Assembly: GCF_001194135.2 (NCBI RefSeq)
Contig: NC_068985.1
Span: 72,179,831-72,243,830, forward strand
Direction: 5' to 3'
DNA: 64,000 nt
Source: Octopus bimaculoides
Taxonomy: Eukaryota
Part shown: positions 25,879 to 38,797 of the stretch, one piece after another
Numbering within the stretch: the stretch's first letter is position 1
Layout: each line of letters begins with the position of its first letter
The notes under the pieces: generated by a model
What the model saw: only the letters and a program-made list of their open reading frames with translations
What the model was told of the DNA's origin: nothing
Databases searched by the model: none
Made by a program: the position numbers and the translations under genes

Positions 25879-28846
25879 TGTATATACACATACACACACA
25901 CTCACACACTTATATGTATATGTGTGTGTCTGTGAGTATGTCTATTGCTATATACATATATGTGATATGTGTGTAGATATATATGTATCAATTTATGTGT
26001 GTGTGTGTACATATGTGTATATTTATATATATGTAGGTGGGTTATGGCTGAATGGATAAGAACTTTGCTTTGTGGCCATAAGGTTCAAGGTTCAGCCTTA
26101 CTGTGTAGTGTCTTGAACAAATGTCATTTTCTTTAGCCTCAAAAAACATAAGTACTCAAAAACTATCTAGAAACCCATCTGATGAATTCTGCCTGTAATT
26201 CAAAGGTTGAAACCTTGTCACAGACTTGTCATATTGATTCTACCTGAGAGTACATTAAGGGTACATGTCTGCACAATACTCAGTCATTTACATTCTAACT
26301 CAAAGAATGGGAAATTGATTGAGCAACTAAATACTAATTGAAGTCAATGGATGCACATACTCATACACACATATGTGTTTGTATATATGTATATTTGCAT
26401 TTATGTGCATGGAAGTGTCTACGTATATATCATCACTGTCATCATCATTTCACATCCATCTTTCATGCATTCATGAGTAGGACAGTTGACAGGAACCAGC
26501 CAGGTAGAAAAACTACCCTAGGTACTGTGTCTGTTTTGCCAGAGATTTTATGGCTGGACACCCTTCGTATTTATATATGTATATATATTTGTATTCATAT
26601 ATGTATGTGTGTGTGTATTTATTTAAGTATATATACATGTGTATGTGTATATGTAGTCATATGCAAGATAAAACTTCTTCAACTGTTACTCTAAGTTCAA
26701 TTTCTCCATTCTGAAAAGGAGAAAAGTGTTGTATTAATATATAGTCGAAAGTTTTCGCCAGCTTAGCAGATTATAATTAGTTAGTAATGCATCAACATTT
26801 TAATGGTTACTGAAAAATAAACCTTAACATTTATCGTGCATGTATGTATAGATAAACTATGCAAAAGACATGTGCAATTTTTATCAGTTCTCATATGAAA
26901 ACTTGATATTTTCATCTGTTTAATACCATATGCAAAAGAACATATGCAAAAGAACATATGATTTGGTATTGTAGCTCTTGTTAATAAAATTCTACTGTTG
27001 AATGACTGAATATGGGTACATCTTTCAGGGTATGATAAAACAATAGTAATATAACATGTTATCCAGTCAGCTAGGTTTCATGAATTTCATTTATTTGATG
27101 AAAAGTTTAAAAAGGTATAATAAAATGTTATATTTCTCTGAGTGACACAAATTACTTTGGGCACAAATTGTTTAGGTTACAGCATGCTTTTTTGAAGGAC
27201 TTATTAATCAGATAATGTTTTCTTTTATACTCCAGTTATATTTTGATAGTGAAGTAGTAAGTCATCTTTTTGAGGTCTGAATAATGTTACAATCTTATTC
27301 CTTTTTTAATGATTTCCAGAGAGCCCTATATAGCATTTTGTTTAAAAATTTCAATTTCATCTGCTCAGTAAAATAATGAATTTGAAATTTACATAATTTT
27401 GAAAGGGAAAGTATTAAAACTGTAGCAATTACAAATTTGAAAGTTGTTTTGGGTTTTTTCTTTCTCTTTTTTGTTTATACTGGCTATGGAAGCAGCAAAG
27501 ATTTTGGTGGAGTTGTAGCTTACCTTAATCCTATTTTAACCATACATATCTTATATGTGGTCTGTGGTCAAATTATTTATAAGATTAGATATATCCTAAC
27601 AACACTGGTACTAAAACATAGCCTTTAAGTTGGATTGTACCATATACAGCATATATGTGTAAGAAAACCAAGACCAGTAACATTTTATTACAGAGATATC
27701 TCTCTGTTAGCTCGCTGTTCCTTATAAAGATTTAACATTTCACAAATTTTAGAAAAAAAATATTTTTGCTAACTGTGCTAACTGTATTCCAGTTCTGGCA
27801 TTATCACTTTTTCTACATAACTTGTTTACATACTATATATCAGCCTACAAAAGTCACTATTTCCTGCCCAGCTGATGGAGTGGCCATGGCTGGAATGTCT
27901 TTTGTAGTCACTGCTGACCTAGGCTAAAAAGTAAACTCAATACAGTCATTTGTACTGCACAATTTTTAAAGGCTATATATTGTCAAGTAAATAGGGATGA
28001 TTCTACACTTTCAGTCATCCTGTTAGAAATAGCAACCAAATTTTCCTCTATTCACAGCCTACCAACTTAAAAAAAGAAAAGGTTACTGTGGTTCTTGATA
28101 TACCAAAAGAGTGGATGATCAAGGAACACTTTCGATCATAGCACTGCACAGTCGGAACTGGATTAGTTCTAACCAAAACTAATGACACGATATTGGCTCA
28201 AACTTTTGGCACTAGGCCAGCATTTTGTGGGGAAGGGGCTAGTTTATTACATTGACCCCAGTGTTCAACCAGTACCTATCTTATCAATCTTGAAAAGATG
28301 AAAAGCAAAGTTGACCTTGTTGGAAATTGGCCTCAGAGCACAAAGACAAACAAAATGCTGCTAAGTATTTTGCCTGTTGTGCTAACGGTTCTGCCAGCTC
28401 ACTGCCTTAACTAACGACACGATATATACTGCTATCTAAATGTATGTGATTTACTCATAATATTCAAATTTACCTTGTTCTCCAAAACATCTGCAATCTT
28501 CACTTTTTTTATTTATGAGATCTTCAGAATAGAAAGGAAAAGTGTATCACCTATTATATTTTAAATCTCTTTGTTGGTTTTTGTTAATTTTTTTTAATAA
28601 TAATATTGACTTAGATGTTTGTCATATAAAGTCTCCTTTAATATTTTTTTTATGAATTTTATGCTGTGGTAGAATTGCTGCAGTTTGTATGCATGTTCAT
28701 ATGTGTTTATGTCAATTCAATTTGAGATTATGCTTCTAAAGTGCAATTTAGTACAAACTGATTTTTGCTTTTTATAAGCTCTGTCAGTATGTTTCTTTCA
28801 ATGAGATGATGATGATGATGATAATGACAATTTTGTATGTTACTGT

Positions 28847-28892
<46 letters not shown>
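28847..28892. repeat. (TAC)n trinucleotide microsatellite
   Basis: Perfect run visible. Confidence 0.95.
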
Positions 28893-30016
28893 GTGGTGCT
28901 GTTAGCAAGAGTTGTAAAAATTCAGATTATAAAATTAATTTGAAAATATTTTTTCCTTATCCAGATGCCATAAAAATTAGTACAATATTATAAATTAAGT
29001 ACCAGGCAAGTACTTGTATCTATATATATGACTAGTTCCCTGTCCTCAACATTATGGACATTGTGCCTAAACTTGAGACTGCTTTTATTTGTAGGATCTC
29101 TATGGAATCTTTATAGGATCACATCAAAGATTAGGAGGACTAGAATTTGTAGCAGCATTTAGTATTATGTGGTTATTTATATGTTGACATGTTATGATGC
29201 TAGTGTTTCCTTTGATATGCACAGTGATTGTTTTTTGGTGCTGTTGAAGGAGACTAGCTTGTCATGCCTGCATGGTAGAATATTTTATTGAGGTCTCTCT
29301 TGTTTGTGAAGACAGAACAGGCCTGTCACAAGGTGTCTAAGTTGTGTGTGAAGGACACCTGTGCAGAAGATTAAAGAGGAATTAAGGATTCTAGCAGCAA
29401 TTTTACAATCATCATTTTGGGTTGTTCTTATTTTGTTTTTGTTTTAATGATAATTTTAGTTTTGAAATTATAACATTTAGGATCTGTTCATTAAATTTAA
29501 CAATCAATGAAGAAAAATCTAAAACAAAACTAATAGCATATGATTTTTATTTCTTCAGTGGAGTCCTTATTTTAATATCATAGTTTATTTATTGAAATTT
29601 CTAATTTGATTTTTGACAGCTCTAGAATATGGAAGTCTTCATCATTGTTATTACAAGAAGTAGTAATAGCAACAGTGGTAGTACTGATGTTGTTTCATTG
29701 TTGATAGCTTTAGAATCTAAATGAGTTAATCATTATTACCTTACTGTTATTATGGCTTTGCTTAAATTTATTATTATTATTGCTGCTGCTGCTGCTACTA
29801 TAGCAGCAACTGTTGCTATTATTATTCACCATCATCATTGTATTGTTGACAACTTTTCAATAGGGAAAGAGTTAACCATTAATATTATCATTATTGTTGT
29901 TATTTAATCATTTCCCCCCCGTTATCACCAAAGGAAATTTATTGTTATGTATTCATTCACAAACAACAACAGCAATAAAAAAAAATTGTTTCTATTATGT
30001 CTTTTATTTATTTTTG

Positions 30017-30059
<43 letters not shown>

Positions 30060-30699
30060 CACTTCCCCTATTTTTCCTTTTTCAAAACTGAAATGCTTTT
30101 TATTTGAATTTAATTTCTTTTTACCACTCAAATATATCCCATTAGCTTTCTTATACATATTTTATTGATTTCTGTTTGGTTTTATCTAGCGTTCAGCAAA
30201 ACATCATCATAAAGTAATGATTTAACATATTGCTCTTGAAACCCATAATGAACAAATAACCCCAAACACACACACACTAATTTTATATTCATTTTCCCAC
30301 ACTAATATGACTGGGATATTTTAATTTTTTTCTGTTTTGGAGGAATTCACCCCCTCCCCCACTATTTTTTAAACTGGTTGCCTTTCCTGTTAATAATCTG
30401 TTAACAATGTGGTTAATATGAAATCTGTTTGCTAGCCTTGCAAACTGAGCCACTAGAATAGTTTATGTGTCTTTCACAAGACAGCAGTCCAATTTGATGT
30501 GATGCTATAAATAGGCTGAATGGTAACATAGAGGTTCCCTCAAAATGCTGTTCAAATTTGACCTCTACCAAACCTTTCTACTTCCATTTTTTTACAAAAT
30601 GTAGGGATCTCCCTAAAGTTTTGCAGAAAGACATTAAAGAACTGTGGCACTTTGAACCCCTAATGTCAATTTGGAAGTGGGTGCTTCCGTGTGATTAGC

Positions 30700-31105
30700 T
30701 TAACCCTTTTGTTACCATATTTCTGAGGAAATCCACTGTCTTTGTTTCAATTTATACTGAAAGTAATGAAAGATTTTGAAAATAATTTTGTCCTTATAAA
30801 ACTGGTGTTTAGAACATAAATTAATATGGAATATTGTTGGAAGGTTTCAATTTAGATCACTTTGAAACAAGAACGTTGCACCATAGAACTAAGGATGGTT
30901 GCAGACAGGTTGGTATCAAAAGAATTAAACAGGTCTTAGCTGGCCATAGATCTGGCCTCTCACACCTACTCTGCAATGTCATTTTAAAAATAAACTATCA
31001 GATCATCAAAATCTTAAAGCCAAGCAATTTTGCATGATTAATTCAAAACAATGTGAATAAGTAAGCTTTACATTTAACAGAATACTTTGAATGCTAAAGG
31101 GTTAA
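30700..31105. mobile_element. Two abutting TTAA-bounded (piggyBac-like) MITEs
   Basis: TTAACCCTTTTGTTACC ... GGTATCAAAAGAATTAA (30700-30928), followed by a partial copy of the 16931 family ending ATGCTAAAGGGTTAA (31105). Confidence 0.62.
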
Positions 31106-33036
31106 CTTTTGAGATGGGCTACTGTGCAATCCAGCTGTCACAATCTGCAATAAGAACCATAGATTGAAGCCTTGAACTACCTGTTCTGGTACTTTATGCT
31201 CTAAGTTCAAATCCTACTAAGGTGAACTATGGTTTTCATCACCTTAGGTTCAATAACAGAAAGTACTAGTCATGTGCTGTAATTAATTTGACTAACCTCC
31301 TCCGCTCACACCCCACATTTCAAGCCTTGTGCCTAAATTATTAAGATAGAAAACAGAAAGTAATGATATACTCTTATAAACTTGTAAATTCTCATACAGT
31401 CATTTCATTCTTTGAAAATATTTTAGTCTTTTTTCTTTTCACACTAAGAATAATTACTTGTAATCATTAAAACAAAAGTTGTCTGCAGCTGTGGATTTGA
31501 AATAATTAATTAGAGGCATGATTGGAATTTCAATTTTTTTTACTTTTTTAATTGTTCTATTATCCTCAATAGGAGGTAAAATAATATTATTTAGCTTTCA
31601 AATCTAAACCCAATATAAATAAACTTAGTCCCACCTTTATACTTCAGGGTGAGGGATGGTGGAGCTTCACAATATTTTTATATGTATTCACTTCTTTAAT
31701 GCTACCCATCTGTTGAATTGTTTTCCTAGACTTGAATATTTACATATTAAGTGCTTTTTAAAATTTGGATACGCTTTCTATTACTGACCAAAAATATGAA
31801 GTAGCATGATCGCTTCAATAACGTATAGGTTCCTTTTCAAATTCTAAACATTTTAGCTTATCAGTCTATGTGTATGTATGGAAGTGATAAGTTTAACCTT
31901 TTATTGTCTCCTATCTTGAGCAGTCATGCCCTTTTCAGCCCATTCCAATTCTCATTACTCATGTGTTTGATCAATAAAACTTTCTAATATACAAGCCAAT
32001 GTAAAAACTACAGCTTGTTAAAAATAGCAACCAACTCTCCCTCCCTCAGATCACACTTTATCACAATGGTTTTTGAACAGTGCATTATATATGTCATCAC
32101 CTTTAATAATAATTTCTATAAAAATTTAACACCATCCACACAGATGTCTACGTGGAAGTACAGGTCAGAGTAATATAGCAAAATATGAATAAAAAAAAGT
32201 GCTGTACTAAATTGGTTTCTTTTACTTAATATAATATGTATTTTCTTTTTTATATATATCCTTCTTCCTTTCAAAGTATAATGTGAAGGAGGTATTTGTA
32301 AAACAATATCTGGGGCAAAGGGAGTGCTGAGCTACGAAACATTGTGAATAATTGGTTTTCATGAATTACTTTTACCTACTCTACTGTACCTATTTACAAC
32401 TTGTGAAATTTGGCCATTCCAAACTCTAGCTAAGATGGAGATATTAAATATAACCCGAGACATAAATGCAAAACCAATAAGCATTTAACAAACATAATTA
32501 TTAGTTTATGTGTAATTCAAGAGTGTGTATGTGTGTTTGTCCTGTTCCAATTCTTTTAATAAGGTCAGGAAACAGAAACTAAGCTGTGAATATTCTTGTC
32601 AAGAATTGTGAAACTTCAAGATCACAAAATATATGTAACCATGCACACATACAAAACATCAATGCACACACTCACAAAAACACACACGTTAGATGTCGTT
32701 TTCAAACAGAATTTATGGCATCAATTTCTGATATTCCATATAAAAAGAAAAATAATGAATTTTTTTCCCTTTGTTATTTTTAAAGGAAATACTGAGAAGA
32801 CAACACATAGTACATACGCACACACACACACACACACTAATATGCATGCATAAATATATACATATGCAAGTGTATTGTATTCTTACATAAAGACACATAC
32901 ATGTATGAAAATGTACATATGCATATGTTCACATGTATGTGCACACACAGAGACACAGTGTGTGTGGATGTATTATATAAATATATATATTATATATATA
33001 TATTTTATATATCTATATATATGTTTATGTGTGTAC

Positions 33037-33089
<53 letters not shown>

Positions 33090-33099
33090 TCATATGCTA

Positions 33100-33498
33100 T
33101 TCTTTTACTTGTTTCAATCATTTGACTGTGACCATGCTGGAGCACCGCCTTGAAGGGTTTTCTTTAGTCAAACAAATCAACCCCAGGACTTATTTCTTAA
33201 GCCGAGTACTTGTTCTGTCAAGCTTTTTTACTGAGCCACTAAGTTATAAGGACAATGACACACCAAACACCAGTTGCCAAATAGTGGTGGTGGTGGGCCA
33301 ACACAGACACAAAGAGACACATACATACATACATATATGATGGGCTTCTTTTGGTTTCCATCTACCAAAGCCACTCACAAGGCTTTGGTTGGCCTGAGGC
33401 TATAGTAGAAGATACTTGCCCAAGGTGTTACACAGTGGGACTGAACCCGGAATCATGTGGTTGGGAAGCAAGCTTCTTACCACACAACCACACCTGCA
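33100..33498 (-). mobile_element. tRNA-derived SINE family A, near full length, with internal microsatellite
   Basis: tRNA-like head (rc: GTGGTTGTGTGGTAAGAAGCTT..GGGTTCAGTCCCACTG), TTGGGCAAGT core, (TA/CA)n middle, tail ending TGAAACAAGTAAAAGAA. Other copies or parts at 1-160, 1886-2030, 8030-8165, 11107-12090, 23680-23800, 35060-35360, 44145-44310, 47270-47430, 48775-49038, 49805-50750, 59730-59900. Confidence 0.85.
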
Positions 33499-33608
33499 AG
33501 ATATATATATATGTGACATTAATAAAAATCTGTAAATGTACAAACATCCAGATTTCTGAGTTCCTTAATTTTTTTCTATATAATTTCTGTACATCACCTC
33601 CAAACTTT

Positions 33609-33641
<33 letters not shown>

Positions 33642-34427
33642 NNNNNNNNNNNNNNNNNNNNNNNNNNNNNNNNNNNNNNNNNNNNNNNNNNNNNNNNNNN
33701 NNNNNNNNNNNNNNNNNNNNNNNNNNNNNNNNNNNNNNNNNNNNNNNNNNNNNNNNNNNNNNNNNNNNNNNNNNNNNNNNNNNNNNNNNNNNNNNNNNNN
33801 NNNNNNNNNNNNNNNNNNNNNNNNNNNNNNNNNNNNNNNNNNNNNNNNNNNNNNNNNNNNNNNNNNNNNNNNNNNNNNNNNNNNNNNNNNNNNNNNNNNN
33901 NNNNNNNNNNNNNNNNNNNNNNNNNNNNNNNNNNNNNNNNNNNNNNNNNNNNNNNNNNNNNNNNNNNNNNNNNNNNNNNNNNNNNNNNNNNNNNNNNNNN
34001 NNNNNNNNNNNNNNNNNNNNNNNNNNNNNNNNNNNNNNNNNNNNNNNNNNNNNNNNNNNNNNNNNNNNNNNNNNNNNNNNNNNNNNNNNNNNNNNNNNNN
34101 NNNNNNNNNNNNNNNNNNNNNNNNNNNNNNNNNNNNNNNNNNNNNNNNNNNNNNNNNNNNNNNNNNNNNNNNNNNNNNNNNNNNNNNNNNNNNNNNNNNN
34201 NNNNNNNNNNNNNNNNNNNNNNNNNNNNNNNNNNNNNNNNNNNNNNNNNNNNNNNNNNNNNNNNNNNNNNNNNNNNNNNNNNNNNNNNNNNNNNNNNNNN
34301 NNNNNNNNNNNNNNNNNNNNNNNNNNNNNNNNNNNNNNNNNNNNNNNNNNNNNNNNNNNNNNNNNNNNNNNNNNNNNNNNNNNNNNNNNNNNNNNNNNNN
34401 NNNNNNNNNNNNNNNNNNNNNNNNNNN
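33642..34427. other. Assembly gap (largest of ten N-runs; others include 6988-7382 and 60123-60695)
   Basis: N-run flanked by (TA)n. Gaps could hide exons. Confidence 0.99.
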
Positions 34428-34462
<35 letters not shown>

Positions 34463-34689
34463 TTCATATGCTATATATATATATATATATATATATATCA
34501 TATGTATTCATATGCTATTGTGTTTGTGTGTGCAAAGACTGAAGTTGTAATAAATAGAAAGCAGTCAGGACTCAGCTGACATCAGAGAAATGACCATGTT
34601 CAATATGCACAAAAGGAATTAGTAGAAAAACCATATGGTGTATTTAATGAAATTTGTGAGTGTATAAAAGGCATAGTAGTATCACTGGT

Positions 34690-35850
34690 AAGCTAGCATT
34701 GAATAGTCTTATTGATTATCCCTGATGGTCCTGCTGCTTTTCTTGCCTTTATATTCTTAATTTCACTTTTGACCATACAGATGCCAAATTCAGTAGCTGA
34801 TATTGCTGTTGGGTTATCTCCTTTTCCTACACATTTTCCTAATTAAGCAGCTTCTCATAGTAGCATGTTCATGCCTTCTTTTCACCATCAGTAACAGTCA
34901 GTGTGCTGCTGTCATTCTGATCGCCCCTTTTCACTTACAGCATTGTGATTCATATGGATATTGCTTTGCAACCCAGAACAGCTTACAACTCTGATCCTCC
35001 TGTTTCAGAACATGGGTAAGCTTCATACTTGTAGCTTCTCACCATACTACATATACATGATCTTTTACTTTTTATCTTCTTTACTTGATTCAGTCATTTG
35101 ACTGTGGCCGTGCTGGGGCACCACCTTGAAGAGTTTTTAGTTGATTGAATCAATTCCAATACCTTTTTTTCTAACTTTGGTATTTATTTTATTTGGCTTC
35201 TTTGCTGAACTGGTAAGTGACAGGGATGTAAACACACCAACACCAGTTGTCAAGGCTATAGTAGAATATGCTTACCCAAGTTGCCATGCAGTGGGACTGA
35301 ACCCAGAACCATATGCATGGGAAACAAGCTTCTTATCACACAACCATGCCTGCACCTAGCTTTTCTTCTGGCTGCCTGATATTATTCCTTGTTCCCCCTT
35401 TCATCCACTCTATCTATGATCACCTTTTAGCTTATCATTTGTCAGCTCTACTTTTCTTCTACCCTGTCCCTATCCATTTGACTGGAGCCTTGCTCCATCC
35501 ATGAATCTGGTGTTGTTTGTAACAAATTGTCTTGTAAAAATTCACAATGGTTCCTCTATGTTATAAGTTTGTATCTTTTTCTTTCCCTCTTCCTCCTGTC
35601 CTCTGCATCACCTCATACTTCCTTGAATCTACATCAGCTGAGATATCTTTCAGTTTCCATAACTTCATTCTCCAAACTGTCTTCGGTCTGAATCTTTCTA
35701 GTTTGTATTTTGAAATTGAGTGGTATTTTCTTCTCCAGCAGAAGACTTAGTTGTATGAGGTCTACATGGCTACTTGTGTGTTGTCCTGATTGGCTTGCAG
35801 GTTTCCTAAAGTTGCTGTGCAGATGGTTAAGTCATTTTGATTACAGAACT
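34690..35850 (-). mobile_element. RTE-clade LINE remnant (endonuclease-RT linker and RT start) interrupted by a SINE at about 35060-35360
   Basis: Minus strand TLTVTDGEKKA*TCYYEKLLN*ENV and MVKSEIKNIKARKAAGPSGI. Upstream piece ..RMKLWKLKD... Confidence 0.68.
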
Positions 35851-36518
35851 CCAGGCACTTTGATTCTTCACACCTTTCACTATATACATGTAACCTCCAT
35901 GTACATCTGAGAAGCTGTGTTCCACAACAGGATTATTACAAGCCATCAACTGTGATAATGAGGTAGCTGTCATTTTTTAGGAGTTTTCTTAGCACCTTAA
36001 ACTTAAGGCTATAAATATTACTAATATAGATATAGATTGATTATTCTTCATCACTCAAAGAAAGGTATATTCATCCTTCACACATTCAATAAACATAACT
36101 TTTATTGGCCTTCCACAATTCTCAGTTCTGTTTGTCTTAGCATATCAGTTTCATGAGTTCAATCATTGTCTCAGCATCAGGTTTGACACTCAGAAACACT
36201 GGTGGTTAAATTTATGAAATCTCATTTATTGGGTTCAACACAGGAAAAGTTACATGTGGGAAAAGGATGAAGCTTCCAGAATACAAGTACATAATAGCAT
36301 GTTACAGTGAGTGACAGGTATGTGCCAGTGTGCAGATGCGCATGCACACATTGACATATTGAATAAGACAACCATGTAGGAAAGCAGGAAGTCTTTCTTT
36401 TATGTATCAATAATTTACTACAACAGATTCCAAAACAAAGAATCTGTTGCTATAGTAACTGAGATTGCACATCATCATCATTCTTTCCTTTGCATTCTGC
36501 TCCTTATACACCTCCAGT

Positions 36519-36601
<83 letters not shown>

Positions 36602-37019
36602 NNNNNNNNNNNNNNNNNNNNNNNNNNNNNNNNNNNNNNNNNNNNNNNNNNNNNNNNNNNNNNNNNNNNNNNNNNNNNNNNNNNNNNNNNNNNNNNNNNN
36701 NNNNNNNNNNNNNNNNNNNNNNNNNNNNNNNNNNNNNNNNNNNNNNNNNNNNNNNNNNNNNNNNNNNNNNNNNNNNNNNNNNNNNNNNNNNNNNNNNNNN
36801 NNNNNNNNNNNNNNNNNNNNNNNNTTTTTTTTTTTTTTTTTTTTTTGATATTTCCATCTTTTGTCAATACATATCCACAAAAGCACACATACATGTACAC
36901 ACACATACACATACATACAGCTGTGTTGAAGAAATTCACTTTGCAGTCACATGGTTTGATGTGAGTTCCTTTTTTTTTTTAATTTTCAACTTGCTCACTC
37001 TGAAGAAAGAGGCAATACC

Positions 37020-37680
37020 CATGAGCCCAGCAGACTCACTGAGACCAGTAAAGTTGATGCTATTAATGTTCCATTTAAATTCAAACTGTTACAGGTTAAT
37101 GCCTGCAAGAAAGACATGAACATTTAGATTCCAGAGCCAGTGTTCTGAAGAGAAGAGACCTGGCACAGTGGTTTATGCTGAACCTGGGGTCATTGGATGC
37201 AACATCAGTTCAAGAGGGGGTGAGGCAAGTGGTCAAGGGCTCCTAGGTGGTGGAGCTATGAAATTAGTCAGCTCCAAGGTGTAGAGGCTATTATAGTAGC
37301 AACTAAAAAGACAGAAGGAAAACATCATGCTTGTGGGCCAGAGGCTGGAGTGTATTCATTAGTAATTGGATGCCAAATCTATTGAGTTGCCTTCCTTTGG
37401 ATGCTGTCTAAGATGTCTTTGTGCATAGTAGCAGCACACACAGATATGGGTGCAATATTCCATTGTGGGCCTCACTTAAGTCTTGTAGAGTGTTAGCAGT
37501 TGTTGCAGGTTGTAATATCTTCTAGCCTTGAAGTGGCTTTAAGTTGTGGCTTTAAGATGTGTATCTTTGCTTTGCTAAAGATGTGCTTTTGCCATGAGAG
37601 TTCCTAGGTTATAGTGAAGCTCAGCAATTAGAGCAACAGTTTAGAGGAAGTGTGATGATGCTTTCTTAATATGACAATTG
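37020..37680 (-). mobile_element. CR1/L2-group LINE 3' remnant (post-RT C-terminus)
   Basis: Minus strand QLLTLYKT*VRPTMEYCTHI..DILDSIQRKATQ..LQPLAHK.. and ..GINLxQF..NINSINFTGLS, with stops and frameshifts. Confidence 0.78.
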
Positions 37681-38766
37681 TTTGAATTTTTTGCTATTAA
37701 AAGAGACAAGGGATGCATACCAAAAGCTAACTTAACCAGTAGATGAATAGGGATAAATGAAAAAATTGCACCAGACTGAATTAAGTACTTGAGTTAATAT
37801 GGTGAGGAAAACTTTACCTATTTTCCAGGGTTGATAAAATATGTACCAGTTGAGCACTGAGGTCGATGTAATCAACTTACCCCTCCCCAAAATTGCTGAC
37901 CTTGTGCCAAAATTTGAAGCCAGTATAGTGAAAACTGCTTAAGACATTAGCCCTGCATAGCATCAAGTTTGTAACTGAAGCCAATAAAAAGAAACGTATA
38001 TAATGAGTTACTGCACAGTTTCCGTCAACTAAATTCCATTCACATGGTATTAGTCAACTCACTTGCAAAATATACTATACTATAAGATTGAACCAGAACC
38101 ACATAGCTGTGAAAAAACTTTTTAATCATGCAGCCATGGCTGTAACCAAGAGAAAGTGAAATATTGCACATAGACATTGATAAGAAGATTGTGTATTAAC
38201 TTGATGATTTAGAATAGTTAATATACATTTTTGGTTGCTGTAATAAGGATTTGTTAAAAATGTTTAAGTACAGGGTTTGGAAGGTGATTGTTGTCATTGA
38301 TGTCTAGCTCCAGGTCAAACCTGATAAAATAGAGATCAGTAAAACAAGTTTAGTTGACTGAGCAAGGTCTGATTATTAGATATACTGTGTGAAGACCATG
38401 CTATGCACTTTGACATGTAGCACTTTGGTGTTAGTTGCTTCTTTTTATCTGTCTCTGTTTTGAGGATTCTGACTTGCCTGTTCAGATCATGTGTGAAGTG
38501 ACTTGTTTGGAAAAGAGATTACACCACTTAATAGACTTGAATGGGATTGATAAAGAGCATGGAACTTTGGAAAAATGAGATTTAGGCACATAATAGCAAT
38601 AACCTTTTTGCAATTACCTTCCTGCCTAAGTTTTCTTGCTGGCATCAACTTCAAAATGTTTGAATTGAACATCAGCATTTTCAACATTACCAGTCTCAGA
38701 AGACCTACAAAGGTTATTGGAACTACTCCATTCTCCTGATTAAACACTACTATAATTTTTATTAAT

Positions 38767-38797
<31 letters not shown>

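Noticed and set aside
33594-34467. Long ORFs across N-runs (also about 6.9, 36.5, 48.5, 58 and 60.1 kb)
   Set aside because: Length comes from N characters.
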